Assembly: GCA_020348265.1 (NCBI GenBank) | Contig: CP070744.1 | Span: 4,993,559-5,057,558, forward strand | Origin: Phycisphaerales bacterium | GTDB taxonomy: Bacteria; Planctomycetota; Phycisphaerae; UBA1845 | Direction of reading: 5' to 3' | DNA length: 64,000 bases | Shown: positions 62,900 through 64,000 of the stretch, in pieces | How the letters are laid out: each line of letters opens with the position of its first letter | Numbering within the stretch: position 1 is the stretch's first letter | Position numbers and translations under genes: made by a program | Notes under the pieces: model-generated | What the model saw: the letters and a program-made list of their open reading frames with translations, nothing else | What the model was told of the DNA's origin: nothing | Databases searched by the model: none

Positions 62900-64000
62900 G
62901 TGTCTATTACTAACGGCAGACCTCTCACCGGCGCCTTCTACTTGGATGGCGACCAAGCTGTAGCCGAAGGAGCAATCGCCGCGGGCTGCAACTTCGTGGC
63001 CGGTTATCCGATTACACCGTCGACGGAGATCGTCGAGCGGCTGGCGGCCAGGTTCCCGAGCACCGGTGGGACTTTTATCCAGATGGAGGATGAGATTGCT
63101 TCATCCATTGCCATTCAAGGCGCCGTCTGGGGCGGGGCGAAAGCCATGACGGTGAGTTCGGGTCCGGGCATCTCCTTGATGATGGAGCACATCGGATTTG
63201 CAGCTATGACCGAGGTGCCTTGTGTGTTCGTCAATGTCCAGCGGGGCGGACCGTCGACCGGACTCCCAACCTTGCCCGCTCAGGCTGATATGATGCAGGC
63301 CCGCTGGGGATCGCATGGCGACTACGAGATCATCGCCCTTTCACCCACCAGTCCGCAGGATTGCTTTGACCTGATCATCCACGCCTTCAATCTCTCCGAG
63401 AAGTACCGCGTGCCTGTGATGTTCATGATGGACGAGAGTGTGGGGCATCTTACCGAAAAGGTAGTGATCCCACCCCGCGACCAGATCGAAGTGACTCCCC
63501 GCCGGTACACCAAGTTGCCCCCGGGGGAGTACGAACCCTATAGAACGGGCGAAGATCTAGTTCCAGAGTTCGCCAGGGCTGGGCGAGGGTATCGTTTCCA
63601 CATCACCGGCCTGACTCACAATGAAAAGGGCTATCCGGTCATGGATGCCGGTTGCCAGGAGGCGTTGGTCAATCGCCTCGTAGACAAGATCAGGAATAAC
63701 GTCGACGAGATCTCCCTGTACAGCGAGGACGGCGTTGAGGATGCCGACATCGTGGTTATCACCTACGGTATAAGCTCCCGCGTGAGCAGGCCGGCAATTC
63801 GCCAGGCCCGTGCAAAGGGAGTAAAGGTGGGACACTTGCGCTTGACGGTGGTGTGGCCTTTCCCCGAGCAACACATCCGTGAACTCGCCGGCAGAGTAAA
63901 AGCCCTCGTCGTTCCCGAGCTAAACCTCGGGCAGATAGTCCTCGAGGTCGAGCGCTGTTCCGCCGGCAAGTGTAACGTGCGCTCCGTTCCTCACGCTGGG
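62900..64000 (+). CDS. 2-oxoacid (2-oxoglutarate/pyruvate):ferredoxin oxidoreductase alpha subunit, 5' part (runs off the window end; absent from the supplied ORF track)
   Basis: GTG start at 62900. Manual translation: VSITNGRPLTGAFYLDGDQAVAEGAIAAGCNFVAGYPITPSTEI...GPGISLMMEHIGFAAMTEVPCVFVNVQRGGPSTGLPT. Open to nt 64000 with no stop. Confidence 0.8.
   Translation, partial: MSITNGRPLTGAFYLDGDQAVAEGAIAAGCNFVAGYPITPSTEIVERLAARFPSTGGTFIQMEDEIASSIAIQGAVWGGAKAMTVSSGPGISLMMEHIGFAAMTEVPCVFVNVQRGGPSTGLPTLPAQADMMQARWGSHGDYEIIALSPTSPQDCFDLIIHAFNLSEKYRVPVMFMMDESVGHLTEKVVIPPRDQIEVTPRRYTKLPPGEYEPYRTGEDLVPEFARAGRGYRFHITGLTHNEKGYPVMDAGCQEALVNRLVDKIRNNVDEISLYSEDGVEDADIVVITYGISSRVSRPAIRQARAKGVKVGHLRLTVVWPFPEQHIRELAGRVKALVVPELNLGQIVLEVERCSAGKCNVRSVPHAG

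Overview
GC-rich, gene-dense bacterial chromosomal window with about 45 protein-coding genes. No tRNA, rRNA, CRISPR array, transposase or integrase is recognisable by eye. Taxon is unknown; the secreted-protein architectures (dockerin-like Ca-loop modules, a giant Cys-rich-repeat subtilase, TMTC-like TPR glycosyltransferases, many lipoprotein signals) are reminiscent of Planctomycetota-like organisms, at low confidence.

Content in order:
1. Two PPIases (one a cyclophilin+FKBP fusion) and queD.
2. A 2,100-aa secreted S8 subtilase carrying nine tandem 53-aa Cys-rich modules and three MAM-like beta-sandwich domains, on the minus strand.
3. The most interesting block: a divergently organised catabolic supercluster. 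On the minus strand, a CoxMSL-type molybdenum hydroxylase plus a family-III CoA-transferase. On the plus strand, a translationally coupled operon IorA-IorB, hydantoinase A/B-like, acyl-CoA dehydrogenase and a split B12-dependent methylmalonyl-CoA-mutase-family enzyme. This enzyme-family inventory matches what is known for anaerobic indoleacetate (iaa) degradation, here with an indolepyruvate:ferredoxin oxidoreductase attached.
4. M32 carboxypeptidase; a GT2 polyprenyl-phosphate-sugar-synthase-like gene next to a TMTC/PMT-like TPR membrane protein (a second paralog lies 9 kb away); ABC ATPase plus a 980-aa FtsX permease; a parallel beta-helix/dockerin protein; a flotillin-NfeD pair; YgiQ radical SAM; an ACT protein; a membrane-anchored reductive-dehalogenase-like Fe-S protein; a C26 amidotransferase; an ATP-grasp protein; an M1 aminopeptidase.
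5. An atypical tricarboxylate island: IDH/IPMDH-family dehydrogenase, a fused LeuC-LeuD-type aconitase-family hydro-lyase, an HD protein, PrpD/MmgE, a CitD-CitE fusion, CitF and a GNAT, followed by 2-oxoacid:ferredoxin oxidoreductase genes (korD, then korA running off the window end and absent from the ORF track).

Non-coding observations: a family of long palindromic repeats (GTGTAGCGCCACCCCTTGTGGGTGGCG arms) in at least three intergenic sites, showing compensatory substitutions; a G13 homopolymer in a divergent promoter region; a duplicated promoter-like GCCACT...GCTATACT motif; and an intrinsic terminator for the giant gene.
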